A stretch of 64,000 nt of DNA from an uncultured virus (IMG/VR IMGVR_UViG_3300021400_001516) (IMGVR_UViG_3300021400_001516), one strand, 5' to 3'. Counted from the first letter of the stretch, positions 1-9,331 are shown. Notes: generated by a model not told the origin, from the sequence alone. Numbers and translations: made by a program.

Positions 1-239
1 GGATTGGATTTTAATAAGAGTCTCACTAATTCTCCTATCTCAAACCAAACAGTGTCGTGTCGACTATCACTAACCTGAGCTTTATACCCGAAACAGCCTA
101 AAATCTCTTCTTTAGTTCCTGCAAAAACACCACTAGTATCTATATCCGAAGTTTCTGTATTAAGTCCATATAGTTGACTTCCACGAATATATTCATACAG
201 TAATCTTCCTTCTTTTCTTATCTTTTCAAAATCTGTCAT
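1..239 (-). CDS. Predicted nucleotidyltransferase (Nuc-transf/RlaP-like), partial at window edge
   Basis: Own translation (not in ORF track): MTDFEKIRKEGRLLYEYIRGSQLYGLNTETSDIDTSGVF...LLKSN; GS-x2-YGLxTxxSDxD Pol-beta-type motif; promoter motif on - strand at 261-266. Confidence 0.8.
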   Translation of the reverse strand, partial: MTDFEKIRKEGRLLYEYIRGSQLYGLNTETSDIDTSGVFAGTKEEILGCFGYKAQVSDSRHDTVWFEIGELVRLLLKSN

Positions 240-318
240 AAATCTATATTTTTGTTCAATTATAAGAAAACAAAAGGAAAAAGAAGAGAGAATAAATATT
301 TATTCTCTCAGTTTTATA

Positions 319-690
319 TCAATCAAGTTTAGTAGGTTCAGATCCTTTCAGGAGCTCAAATCCGCCTAGTCCAGGTTCTCCCTCAACCATGCGAAATTTA
401 GTTCCCTGTTCATCCTCAAACCTCACACAAAAAGCGTCTTCGTAGGGATATCTTGAAGCCCATACATCTAAAACCTTAAACTGTACAGGTCCATCAGCAG
501 TATTTCTTATAACAGTACTACCAATGGGAAATCTTTCTAGGCCCCTCTTTGTAGCTCGAGCCCATTTCCTTTTGTTCTTTATCCACCTGATTAGTTTAAA
601 TAAACTCCATACAAGTGCAAATAATACAATATATGCTAAAATAAACATAAGACATATTTGTAAATCTGTCATTTCTTTTATTTTCATCAT
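319..690 (-). CDS. Hypothetical protein with N-terminal TM helix
   Basis: ORF track; hydrophobic N-terminus; promoter motif at 722-727 (-). Confidence 0.6.
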   Translation of the reverse strand: MMKIKEMTDLQICLMFILAYIVLFALVWSLFKLIRWIKNKRKWARATKRGLERFPIGSTVIRNTADGPVQFKVLDVWASRYPYEDAFCVRFEDEQGTKFRMVEGEPGLGGFELLKGSEPTKLD

Positions 691-796
691 AGTAATAAAA
701 TATTTAAATGTTAACTTCAGATATAAGGTGAATGGAGGAATCGATTTTGATAGTCTCCTTTATTTTCCTTATACCTAGAAAAATTTATTAAGAAAA

Positions 797-1225
797 ATGA
801 AAGTTGGAATATTTTTAATAATTATACTTAGCATGCTCGGTATTTCTCTTATCGTACATGTTATTGTAGCAAAGAAATTCAAGAGAGATGTAAGTCAGGA
901 TTTATATAAACTTGCTGTTATTCGTCTTCTTGCTAAAAGAATAGTTCGAATTAAAGGACAAAATAAATCTAAAGTCAAAAAATTAGCATACAAAGTACTT
1001 AGTTTGACAGAAGAAGAGAAATTATCTAAAATTGCTGATGGAAGCAAAACCTGGATAAAGTACTATACAGGTACTACATTAGAGATTGAAAATTTTCTCG
1101 ATGAACTTTTAGTTGTCATTCAAGAACCTGGAAGCGAATTTAAACTTAGGGTTGAACTTGCTTGGTCAATGTGGATGAAATATGATGGCGGAGATACTCT
1201 TGGAAAAACTGAAGGAGGAAATTAG
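797..1225 (+). CDS. Hypothetical membrane-anchored protein
   Basis: ORF track; N-terminal TM; CTTATA at 768-773; followed by terminator. Confidence 0.6.
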   Translation: MKVGIFLIIILSMLGISLIVHVIVAKKFKRDVSQDLYKLAVIRLLAKRIVRIKGQNKSKVKKLAYKVLSLTEEEKLSKIADGSKTWIKYYTGTTLEIENFLDELLVVIQEPGSEFKLRVELAWSMWMKYDGGDTLGKTEGGN

Positions 1226-1237
1226 TCTTCTTTCTAA

Positions 1238-1281
1238 TGTTATAGGGGACCTAGGAGATTCCCTATAACATCTTTTTTTTT
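1238..1281 (+). terminator. Intrinsic terminator
   Basis: tgttataggg...ccctataaca stem followed by T-run. Confidence 0.75.
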
Positions 1282-1601
1282 ATATTGAATTATATAAATT
1301 AATCCGAGCTGTCCCCAGACAAGCGAGGATTTCCATTAACAGGAAAAAAGAAAGAGTATAATAAAATTTCTTTTGGCTTTTCAAATCTATCCCAGGCCTT
1401 CATTTTATATTCCGGCCTGGGCAAATTAGATTTAAATTATTTATAGTTTCCTTTTCTAAAAAAATAGTATAGAATATTCTATATTACTTTTCCCAAGATA
1501 ATGACGTATTTATAAGAAAAAATTCCTCTATTTTCCCTTACTATTTTTATATAAAAGAGTACCTCAGGGATACTCCTTAGTCAAATATTTTATAGAAAAT
1601 T

Positions 1602-3623
1602 ATGAAGGAAAAAGTTATTTTACAAGTACCGAAGGGAATAAGGTACATTAGTGATTATGAAAAACAGGGATTTAGGTTAGAAGATTTCCCCTATATTCTT
1701 GATAAAAAAATACCAGGTTGTGGATTTACTTCCTGGATTCTTACAAACTCTCAGAATATTATCTTAGCTTCTCCAAGAAAAATGCTAATGGAAAATAAGG
1801 AAAGACAAATAAATGGAGAAGGCAAGGATAGACAAGAATTAGTTTACCTAGTTCAGACTGCTTTCTGTGATTATGGTGTTGACAAGGATCTCAACAGGTA
1901 TTCTAGGGAAAGTAAGGATGATACACAAGTACCTACAGATTGGGTAGAACTTAAACATGAAATTAGTAAGTACGTATTACAATGTCAATTTGATAATCGT
2001 CCCGTTAAGATTATTGTAACTTATGATTCCTACCGAAAAGTAAAGGAGGTACTTGAAGATATGGGATTCTTTGATACCTTTCATACAGTAGTGGATGAGT
2101 TTCAAAGTATCTTCACAGACTCTAGGTTTAAGTCCTCTACTGAAATGGAATTTGTTGAAGTTTTAAAGGGGGTTCAGAAGGTATGTTATGTCAGTGCTAC
2201 TCCGATGATGGAAGAATATCTGAATATGATGGATTACTTCAAAGATCTCCCTTACCAAGAACTTGACTGGGGAACTTTAGATCCTGGTCGTATTAAAAAG
2301 CCCGATATAGATGTTAGATCTCTTAAGTCTGTTAATACTGCAATTAAACCAGTAATTGAAGCTTATAAGGCTGGGAAATTCGAACATAAATTAGTAAATG
2401 ACTATGTAAATCATACTTTAAAAGATGTAGAAAGTAGAGAAGCAGTTATTTATGTAAATTCAGTAACAAACATTATAGGTATTATTCGATCTTGTGGATT
2501 AATGCCCGACGAAGTTTGTATCTTATGTTCTGATACTCCTAATAATCAGAAAAGAATATCTAAGAAGCTTGATAAGAAGAGACAGGGAATAGAATATAAG
2601 ATTGAGAAAGTTCCAACTAGAGATGAACCAAGGAAGATGTTTACTTTCTGTACTAGGACGGTATATCTTGGGGCTGATTTTTATAGTGATAATGCAAGAA
2701 CTTTTATTGTTAGTGATGCTAATATAGACACCCTTGCGGTTGATATTACACTAGATCTTCCTCAGATTATGGGCAGACAAAGATTAGAAGAGAATCCATG
2801 GAAAGATGAAGCTATTCTGTATGTTCGTCCTCTAATGAAAAGTAAGGCTATGGATATCAAAGAATTCCGAGCATGGATAGAAAAGAAGGTAGAGGAGACT
2901 AATGATCTTCTGGATTCTTATGATAACTCTCCTACTGAAAAATCAAAAGCCAGTCTTATCAATGTTTATAGCAGAGAAGTTAATGGAAACAACTATAGAT
3001 ATAATTATGTTTCCGTTAATCAGCATGCAGGGAGTAAACCTATACCTGCGTTTAATTCTCTTGTCTTGATTGCAGAACAGAGAGCTTTTGATATACAACA
3101 ACTTGATTATGCTGACAGATTTACGGTATTTAGTCGAATCTTAGATCAATGTAATATAACACAAACTCAGTCTATGGAAGTTCAGATGTTTATACAGAAA
3201 TTTAACTCTCTTCCAACGGTGAATAGGTTAAAATTTTTATGTACATCCGAAGAAAATTTTACTGCAGAAGAGTGGGAGTTTATATTTTCAGAGATACCGA
3301 ACTTTTATAGAAATGTTTATCTTGGTATTGGTCCTGAGAGGTGTAAAGCTTTAGGATATAATTATTCTAGGGCTAAAGCTGAATATGAAACTAAATTCTT
3401 TAATACTGATATCGTAAAGAAAGATATTCTCTCTAGTTTTTCAGTAGGAGATAAAATTTCTAATAGTTATGTTAAAGAAAAGCTTAAAGAGATTTATAAT
3501 AAGCTAGGATATAAAAAAACTCCAAAAGCTAATGCATTAGAAGAATTTTTTGAAATAAAATATACTAAAATCAAGGAAAATAATTCTTGGGTTAATGGAA
3601 TTGAAATATTAAAACAGAAATAA
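1602..3623 (+). CDS. SF2 helicase-fold protein with degenerate Walker A (possible origin-binding/replication protein)
   Basis: KIPGCGFT (motif I without Lys), VVDEFQ (II), SATP (III), YVNSV (IV), TRTVYLGADF (V), QIMGRQR (VI). Confidence 0.65.
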   Translation: MKEKVILQVPKGIRYISDYEKQGFRLEDFPYILDKKIPGCGFTSWILTNSQNIILASPRKMLMENKERQINGEGKDRQELVYLVQTAFCDYGVDKDLNRYSRESKDDTQVPTDWVELKHEISKYVLQCQFDNRPVKIIVTYDSYRKVKEVLEDMGFFDTFHTVVDEFQSIFTDSRFKSSTEMEFVEVLKGVQKVCYVSATPMMEEYLNMMDYFKDLPYQELDWGTLDPGRIKKPDIDVRSLKSVNTAIKPVIEAYKAGKFEHKLVNDYVNHTLKDVESREAVIYVNSVTNIIGIIRSCGLMPDEVCILCSDTPNNQKRISKKLDKKRQGIEYKIEKVPTRDEPRKMFTFCTRTVYLGADFYSDNARTFIVSDANIDTLAVDITLDLPQIMGRQRLEENPWKDEAILYVRPLMKSKAMDIKEFRAWIEKKVEETNDLLDSYDNSPTEKSKASLINVYSREVNGNNYRYNYVSVNQHAGSKPIPAFNSLVLIAEQRAFDIQQLDYADRFTVFSRILDQCNITQTQSMEVQMFIQKFNSLPTVNRLKFLCTSEENFTAEEWEFIFSEIPNFYRNVYLGIGPERCKALGYNYSRAKAEYETKFFNTDIVKKDILSSFSVGDKISNSYVKEKLKEIYNKLGYKKTPKANALEEFFEIKYTKIKENNSWVNGIEILKQK

Positions 3624-3624
3624 T

Positions 3625-3669
3625 ATGATTTATTTAATTAAAGGATATGAAATTTTAAAGTTAAAATGA
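3625..3669 (+). pseudogene. 15-codon ORF MIYLIKGYEILKLK, possible remnant of a GIY-YIG/T5orf172-type gene
   Basis: ATG 1 nt after helicase stop; MIYLI start typical of GIY-YIG-like N-termini; stops before terminator. Confidence 0.3.
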
Positions 3670-3675
3670 AAACAA

Positions 3676-3706
3676 AAGAGATCCCAACAGGATCTCTTAT
3701 TTCTTT
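3676..3706 (+). terminator. Intrinsic terminator
   Basis: aagagatcc-caaca-ggatctctt followed by T-rich tract. Confidence 0.7.
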
Positions 3707-3727
3707 GCTCCTAAAGAACCCTTATAT
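3704..3727 (+). repeat. 24-nt promoter-containing direct repeat, copy 1 (copy 2 at 4451-4474)
   Basis: tttgctcctaaagaacccttatat identical at both sites; partial copy taaagaacccttatat near 47404. Confidence 0.85.
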
Positions 3728-3761
3728 ATGGAATATTAACTTTAACTTTAATCCATGCTAT

Positions 3762-4133
3762 ATGAAAGAAAAAAACGAAGAAAAGAAAGTAACAGGAAAT
3801 AAAATTAATTTTAAATCATTTAGAAATTGGTTAGTTAATTTTATGATTTACCTTTTTGTAGGAATTTTTCTCATATATGGTTCTTTAGGAGTCCATAAAG
3901 TATATCCTGAGTATTTTAAGGAAAGACGAAAAGGTCCAGTAGATAATATGAAGATACTTGCCGAGATTATCGAATACGGTTTTGTTTCAGCCGCGCTTAT
4001 AATATTCATAATGCCAATAATTTTTAATATTGCATCATATATTATAGCGGGGTGGAAGATAACAATGTTTCTTCAGTTGGGCCTCTACCTTACTCTTCCT
4101 TATTGGGAAAGAGTTTGTGGATGGCGAGAGTAA
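3762..4133 (+). CDS. Multi-pass membrane protein (start reassigned to MKEKNEE)
   Basis: Track start at 3666 overlaps terminator and promoter (3721-3726); ~3 hydrophobic segments. Confidence 0.6.
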   Translation: MKEKNEEKKVTGNKINFKSFRNWLVNFMIYLFVGIFLIYGSLGVHKVYPEYFKERRKGPVDNMKILAEIIEYGFVSAALIIFIMPIIFNIASYIIAGWKITMFLQLGLYLTLPYWERVCGWRE

Positions 4134-4200
4134 GACCATATATTAACCGAGCACTGTTGGTGCTTGGTTTTCTTTTTAAAACCAATAGAATCCTTATATA

Positions 4201-4276
4201 TGTATAGACAAACATTACTAAGGACCGACAAACAAATCAAAAAATTCTCCTAACTCATCGTCGGTCTATTTTTTTT
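4201..4276 (+). ncRNA. Candidate small RNA 1 (~75 nt)
   Basis: Preceded by terminator 4145-4177 and CTTATA 4193-4198; gaccgac/gtcggtc stem (4223-4229/4260-4266) plus T-run; no ORF. Confidence 0.5.
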
Positions 4277-4332
4277 ATTATTTTAGAGCAAAAAAAAAAT
4301 ACCGCCTGAAAAGGCCTAAAAAGCCTTATATA

Positions 4333-4453
4333 TGTAGAAAGAAGAGTTAGGAGTAAGTATCTGACATACTTTAAAAATCCTGGAAAAAAAGAAAGGCCAA
4401 TAAACGGCCAAGAACAATAGCCAGGGAGGAGTCGGAGGCTCTTCTTTTTTTTT
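4333..4453 (+). ncRNA. Candidate small RNA 2 (~120 nt)
   Basis: Own CTTATA at 4325-4330; ends pair (aagaagagtt/ggctcttctt); internal aagtat/atactt and cctgg/ccagg stems; T-run at end. Confidence 0.5.
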
Positions 4454-4476
4454 GCTCCTAAAGAACCCTTATATGT

Positions 4477-4770
4477 ATGAATAAGAAGGTAGAAACAATC
4501 AAGAAGAAAGCAGAACAAATTTTGAGTGTTCTGCAGGAACAAGAATTGGAACACGTTGCTGGTATATCGAGATATATCTTAGCTCGAGATTATCCTGACA
4601 GTAACGAAGCAGAGCAAGACTGGGAAGAACTTTTGGATGAGATCAATTATATATCAAGAATTCAGAAAGTCTTTCCAGTAGATATGGAAGATATCATTAA
4701 TAAGATTCAAAGAATTATTGATGAAGAAACAACAACTGGAGACAAGGAAGAAAATTCTTCAGAGTCTTAG
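4477..4770 (+). CDS. Hypothetical protein
   Basis: ORF track; ATG 3 nt after CTTATA. Confidence 0.6.
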   Translation: MNKKVETIKKKAEQILSVLQEQELEHVAGISRYILARDYPDSNEAEQDWEELLDEINYISRIQKVFPVDMEDIINKIQRIIDEETTTGDKEENSSES

Positions 4771-5017
4771 GGAAGAACTTAAAAGAGCATGGCTCCCACA
4801 GGTTCAGTCAGTGATCCAGGATTTGATTGAAGCTCATACTCAGGCTATAAATCTTATTGAAAAGGATATGTATTCTGGAAAAATAGAGATAGATATTGAA
4901 TCAAGAATAAATGGGTTGACTCATGTAAGGGAGCAGTTCATTTTCCCTGAGAAATTCGGGGAAGCTTTAGTTCTTATTAGATTAACCCTTATGGGTTATG
5001 GAGATAAGGAGGATTAA
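4718..5017 (+). CDS. Hypothetical protein
   Basis: ORF track; overlaps upstream gene. Confidence 0.55.
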   Translation: MMKKQQLETRKKILQSLREELKRAWLPQVQSVIQDLIEAHTQAINLIEKDMYSGKIEIDIESRINGLTHVREQFIFPEKFGEALVLIRLTLMGYGDKED

Positions 5018-5044
5018 TCCTCCTTTCTTTTTCTTATATATGTT

Positions 5045-5557
5045 ATGGAAGAATTAAGAGAACAGATAAAAAGAAAACTTAGAGTATTAAGTGAATCGAA
5101 TATCGCATATTATGATCTTTTTCCACTGCTTGTTTTTATAGCTAAATATTTTCCATCTATATCCGGGCAAAAAGAAAAAATTAGTATGAGCGTAGAGTGG
5201 TATGATGATGATGTATTAATACTTACTTATGTGATTTTGCCAGAAGATGATGATCTAGATTCACCAACCCCCGCTAAGGAATCGAGAATATATTTTGAAG
5301 TACCAGAGGAAGTAGATCTTCAGATTGGAGGACAATTAAGTGGATTAGCAGATGAAGAAACTTTTGATTCTTGTTTAGATCAATTATTTGCTTGTGGTAT
5401 TGATAAGTTAAATGATTTTTTACTTGACTATTTTCCTGCTTCACAGTTAATCTATATTTGTGAGGATGAAAATGATGAAAAAGTCTATTTTACTGATATA
5501 GATGCGGTGATATTAGTTACAGGGAGTGTGGTTTGTGAACGAGAATTAATAATTTAA
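5045..5557 (+). CDS. Hypothetical acidic protein
   Basis: ORF track; CTTATA at 5033-5038. Confidence 0.6.
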   Translation: MEELREQIKRKLRVLSESNIAYYDLFPLLVFIAKYFPSISGQKEKISMSVEWYDDDVLILTYVILPEDDDLDSPTPAKESRIYFEVPEEVDLQIGGQLSGLADEETFDSCLDQLFACGIDKLNDFLLDYFPASQLIYICEDENDEKVYFTDIDAVILVTGSVVCERELII

Positions 5558-5636
5558 GGGAGGGTATTTTCTCTTCCTATTTTTTCATCCCTTAAAATCC
5601 TTAAAGTTAGATTAAAAGATTTTAAATTATAGAAAA

Positions 5637-6815
5637 ATGAATAATGAAAAAATTGTAAAGCAAAAATGGGTAGATGAAAATGGAACATTTTTTCCAATTT
5701 CAGGTAGTGCTAAGTTATATGAAACTCCTGGAAAGGGAGTATTTCAGTTATACGAACAGCCCACTATGGGAGGTTCTCGTATAGGTCTACGCCCAATAGC
5801 TGATAAATTTACTTTCGGATTCAAGATATATGATCTTGGCATAGAAAATATCATGAATCTGGTTAAAACGGATTGGGCTAACTCCGATCCTAATATGGTA
5901 AATAATCTTGGAGTAATTTTCAATGGACTTAAGGGAACTGGTAAGACTATTGCATCTAAACTCCTGGCTAATGAATTTGATCTCCCCGTGATAATAGTAG
6001 GAGGACCCTGCAAGGGTTTAGTTGAATTTATGCAGTCACTATGCTTTGAGTGCGTAGTTCTTATTGATGAGGCTGAGAAGACATTTAGAGAAGATGGTGA
6101 AATGTTGTTGAGAATGATCGACGGCGTTTATAATGAAACCCGGAAGCTCTATATCCTAACGACTAATCAGCTTTCAATTGACCCAAATCTTATAGATAGG
6201 CCCAGCCGAATTATGTATATTCAGAAATTTGGTAATCTTACTGAAAAAGCCGTAGCAGATTATGTAAAAGATAATCTTAAGGATCAAAGTAAGACTCCAC
6301 TGGTTATGAATACAGTAGATCTCCTTGATTTCTCCACTATCGATATCTTGAAAGCTATCGTTAGATATGTAAATATTTTTGGAGAGATTGATGAGAAGTG
6401 TCCGCTGAATATTCCAAGGGCTAATTATAAGTTTGATGTAATAGCTTTCTTTGGTCTTCCTAAAGAAGATTATAAGGAAATTAAAGAAGCTATTCATTCC
6501 GCTAAAGAAAATGGTAAAACTGTCTTACAGTGGTGGAATCAAAGTTGGGTAGATCCGGATAGTCCAGAAGAGAAAGATCTTACTAACGAAGATTACGTTA
6601 GACGCACGTTTGACTGTTATGCTGATGATACCGTCATAACTTCTAATTATAGTAATCTGATTCGGGGACAGCATACTCGAATAGGAGATATTGTAGAGGA
6701 AGTAGACGAGGATGGATTCTTTGTAGTAAAGTCCGACAGCGATAATGAGATATTATGTGTGATAACCAGTTATTATGATGCACCTTCATTGTATCGCGGT
6801 AGACTTTTATACTAA
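5637..6815 (+). CDS. AAA+ ATPase
   Basis: Walker A GLKGTGKT, Walker B VLIDEAEK, SRH LTTN...IDRPSR. Confidence 0.85.
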   Translation: MNNEKIVKQKWVDENGTFFPISGSAKLYETPGKGVFQLYEQPTMGGSRIGLRPIADKFTFGFKIYDLGIENIMNLVKTDWANSDPNMVNNLGVIFNGLKGTGKTIASKLLANEFDLPVIIVGGPCKGLVEFMQSLCFECVVLIDEAEKTFREDGEMLLRMIDGVYNETRKLYILTTNQLSIDPNLIDRPSRIMYIQKFGNLTEKAVADYVKDNLKDQSKTPLVMNTVDLLDFSTIDILKAIVRYVNIFGEIDEKCPLNIPRANYKFDVIAFFGLPKEDYKEIKEAIHSAKENGKTVLQWWNQSWVDPDSPEEKDLTNEDYVRRTFDCYADDTVITSNYSNLIRGQHTRIGDIVEEVDEDGFFVVKSDSDNEILCVITSYYDAPSLYRGRLLY

Positions 6816-6820
6816 AGATT

Positions 6821-7168
6821 ATGAAAGAGAAATTAATGCCGATATTTGAAGTAGGGGATCAAGTTATTAAAGAAAGTTTTAATCCTACAACACCAGTTAC
6901 GATATCAAAGATAGATGATACTTTCTATTATACCGAAGAGGGTATTATCATTGCTATTGAATCTCAAAGTGATTGGAAGAAATATGGCAAGTTTACTGCA
7001 GGAGATGAAGTACTAATTCCTGGTAAGATAGTACAATCTTCTGGAAATACTTATCATATTGTATTTCCCTGGTCAAATAAGGGACATATCTGTAGGTCCT
7101 TTGAAGATAGCTGGATAGTTCCGAAAAAGGAAGGAGATAAAATGTTTAAAAAGAATACTCAGGAATAA
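6821..7168 (+). CDS. Hypothetical protein (two small SH3-like repeats FEVGDQV/FTAGDEV)
   Basis: ORF track; internal repeat motif. Confidence 0.5.
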   Translation: MKEKLMPIFEVGDQVIKESFNPTTPVTISKIDDTFYYTEEGIIIAIESQSDWKKYGKFTAGDEVLIPGKIVQSSGNTYHIVFPWSNKGHICRSFEDSWIVPKKEGDKMFKKNTQE

Positions 7169-7247
7169 TATCCTGAGTTATTTTTTCCAAAAGAAGCCTT
7201 ATATATAGAATAATTAACATTATCAACTATTAAATTTTATTAATATT

Positions 7248-8078
7248 ATGATTGTATCAACAATGAATGATCAAGAAATTCTTGAAGAACTTTTTCGAGA
7301 ATATGATGACGGTTTATTACGAAAAATCGGAGAAGTTCATGAAAAAATGACTTCGAAGTATTATCGTATCTATCGCAGAAAAGTAGGAGCTTATTATCCT
7401 ACTCCTCAAGAGTTGAGGACAGTGAAAGGTAAGAATTTATTTGTAGTAATTCCAGCAATTTTCTCAGACTTAAGAGGAAATGTCGAAGTTTTTATTAGAG
7501 TTTTTTTAAAGATGCCAAAAGAGTACCTCTATAAAACTGATAAAAAGGATGATAGAGGTGTCAAAAGATGTGGGTATCAGTATATCAAGTTTCCAGTACG
7601 AGAAGATGATGCCTTTTCAATTCGGTATGCAACTATTAAAATTACTCCGCATTATTTAGATAGGATTTATCAACGTTGCCCTAAATTTAAGAATTTGGTG
7701 GACTCAGGTTTTAGTTCTATCCAAGCTTTAAGTATTTTATCTGGAACAAAACATATTGTTGGAGATGAAATGATAGAGTCTAATCATGAGATTGATATTA
7801 ATAATATGACTCCTGAACAATTTAGTTTTATTATAAAATCTATAAGTGACGGAGAAGTATATTCAGGATTTGCCGGAGGGTATAATGTATTATACTTGGC
7901 TCATCGTGAAGATATCGATAATTGTTTAGGTGCTTTTAAAACTTTTTTAACCGTCGACCAAGCTGAGAAAAGAGGATTGACTACACAGACCGGTAGATAC
8001 CTTCGTTATATGGCAAGATTGTCTGATGATGAAAAAAGAAAGTTCTTGCAAGAAATGCAAAGCAAATTACAACATTAA
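7248..8078 (+). CDS. Hypothetical protein
   Basis: ORF track; own promoter (7198-7203) and terminator (~8083-8118); TPHYLDR motif. Confidence 0.65.
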   Translation: MIVSTMNDQEILEELFREYDDGLLRKIGEVHEKMTSKYYRIYRRKVGAYYPTPQELRTVKGKNLFVVIPAIFSDLRGNVEVFIRVFLKMPKEYLYKTDKKDDRGVKRCGYQYIKFPVREDDAFSIRYATIKITPHYLDRIYQRCPKFKNLVDSGFSSIQALSILSGTKHIVGDEMIESNHEIDINNMTPEQFSFIIKSISDGEVYSGFAGGYNVLYLAHREDIDNCLGAFKTFLTVDQAEKRGLTTQTGRYLRYMARLSDDEKRKFLQEMQSKLQH

Positions 8079-8169
8079 TTTCAAGGGGATTCACTTATAG
8101 AATCCCCTGAATTTTTATTCCAGAAAAACCTTATATTTAAATAGTAACAATTAAATTTTAGTTTATATT

Positions 8170-8382
8170 ATGCATATTTTAGTAGCTTTTTTAATAACAG
8201 CAATAGTTTTATATTGTACTATAGGCTGTTTGATGATTAAGAAGTGTATAAGAGAGATGAAGGATTCTATATTAGAATTAGATGTTCCCACACTTTTTCT
8301 CTTAGTACCGCTATGTGTAATAGTGGTATTCATCTTTTGGCCTTTCGTATTGGCTTGGGAAAGTATAGAGAACACTAAATAA
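8170..8382 (+). CDS. Small two-TM membrane protein
   Basis: Two hydrophobic helices; CTTATA at 8130-8135. Confidence 0.55.
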   Translation: MHILVAFLITAIVLYCTIGCLMIKKCIREMKDSILELDVPTLFLLVPLCVIVVFIFWPFVLAWESIENTK

Positions 8383-8387
8383 AATAA

Positions 8388-8420
8388 ACCCTCGGAGAAA
8401 TAAATCTCCGAGGGAATTTT
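8388..8420. terminator. Bidirectional terminator
   Basis: ccctcggaga-aataaa-tctccgaggg between convergent genes. Confidence 0.75.
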
Positions 8421-8750
8421 TTATTTAATTACAATTTCTTTATCATATTTTTCTATGTCCTTTTCAATATCAACTTGAAGAATTCCGTCTTCAAGTTTTG
8501 CAGAGATTCCTTTAACTTTTAGTCCGCCGGGAATTCTATATTGATATCCAAGTCTAGCTTTGAAAGATTTATTTTCTTTTTGTTCTTTTTCTTTTATTTC
8601 TAGAATTCCATTTTCAAGTGTAACCTGGATATCTTCTTTCTTATATCCCCATGCTGGAACTTTCAGAATAACTCTATCTTTTTCATTATCAATTCTATAT
8701 TCTTTTTCCCCATAAAACTCAGGAAATGATTTGTAAAACATATCAAACAT
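8421..8750 (-). CDS. Small heat-shock protein (Hsp20/alpha-crystallin family)
   Basis: VPAWGYKKEDIQVTLENGILEI and ISAKLEDGILQV motifs, C-terminal I-x-I; start set to MFDMF with AAAGGAG upstream. Confidence 0.88.
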   Translation of the reverse strand: MFDMFYKSFPEFYGEKEYRIDNEKDRVILKVPAWGYKKEDIQVTLENGILEIKEKEQKENKSFKARLGYQYRIPGGLKVKGISAKLEDGILQVDIEKDIEKYDKEIVIK

Positions 8751-8798
8751 TTTTATTTCTCCTTTCTTTAATTTTAAAAAGTTATACATAATAGTAAT

Positions 8799-8814
8799 TG
8801 CAAATTCTATGCCA
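8799..8814 (-). promoter_or_regulatory. Sigma54-type (-24/-12) promoter for hsp20
   Basis: - strand reads TGGCAtagaatTTGCA, exact TGGCA-N6-TTGCW spacing. Confidence 0.7.
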
Positions 8815-8836
8815 CCCGTAAAATTCTTATAAAAGT

Positions 8837-9331
8837 ATGACAAAAGATATTATAAGAAAGACGCTAGAACTAGTAAAAACTGACAAGATGTCAGATGAAG
8901 GTAATATTATTTATGATGTACCAGTTTTTCTTGATTATCTATTTGGTACAATTTTAAGAGCGAGATATAACGTACGTTGGGATTCTGTATTTAAAGTTTT
9001 TATAGTTCAGTTACATGATGAAGGACAGGAATTATCAATTAATGTTCCGCATGACTCTCGAACTTATTACTTAGATAATGATAATTATTTCGATCCTTAC
9101 GGAAAATTAGAAGAACCCGGACTTTTAAGATTTATTGATCAACTTTGTTTTATACTTAATAAAAAAGAAGATGAAGAGGATATTGAAACTCTTCTTCCGA
9201 TAACAAAGAAAGTTTATGAAATAGATTTTATAAGAGGGAAAATTCTAGTATCTGATCTTGAAATAGTACCTTATTTGTTAAGAAGAGAAAATAATTTATT
9301 ATATTCATATAAAATTCGTTTAGTATTATGA
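8837..9331 (+). CDS. Hypothetical protein
   Basis: ORF track; CTTATA at 8826-8831. Confidence 0.6.
   Translation: MTKDIIRKTLELVKTDKMSDEGNIIYDVPVFLDYLFGTILRARYNVRWDSVFKVFIVQLHDEGQELSINVPHDSRTYYLDNDNYFDPYGKLEEPGLLRFIDQLCFILNKKEDEEDIETLLPITKKVYEIDFIRGKILVSDLEIVPYLLRRENNLLYSYKIRLVL

Noticed and set aside
4319..4335. Archaeal BRE-TATA reading of aaaagccttatatat
   Set aside because: ATGs lie 3-6 nt downstream at several sites, incompatible with a TATA box ~25 nt before the TSS; chaperonin and ligase are bacterial-type
4255..4554. Minus-strand 99-aa ORF across the sRNA pair
   Set aside because: Antisense to promoters and to gene 4477; composition reflects poly-A/T tracts
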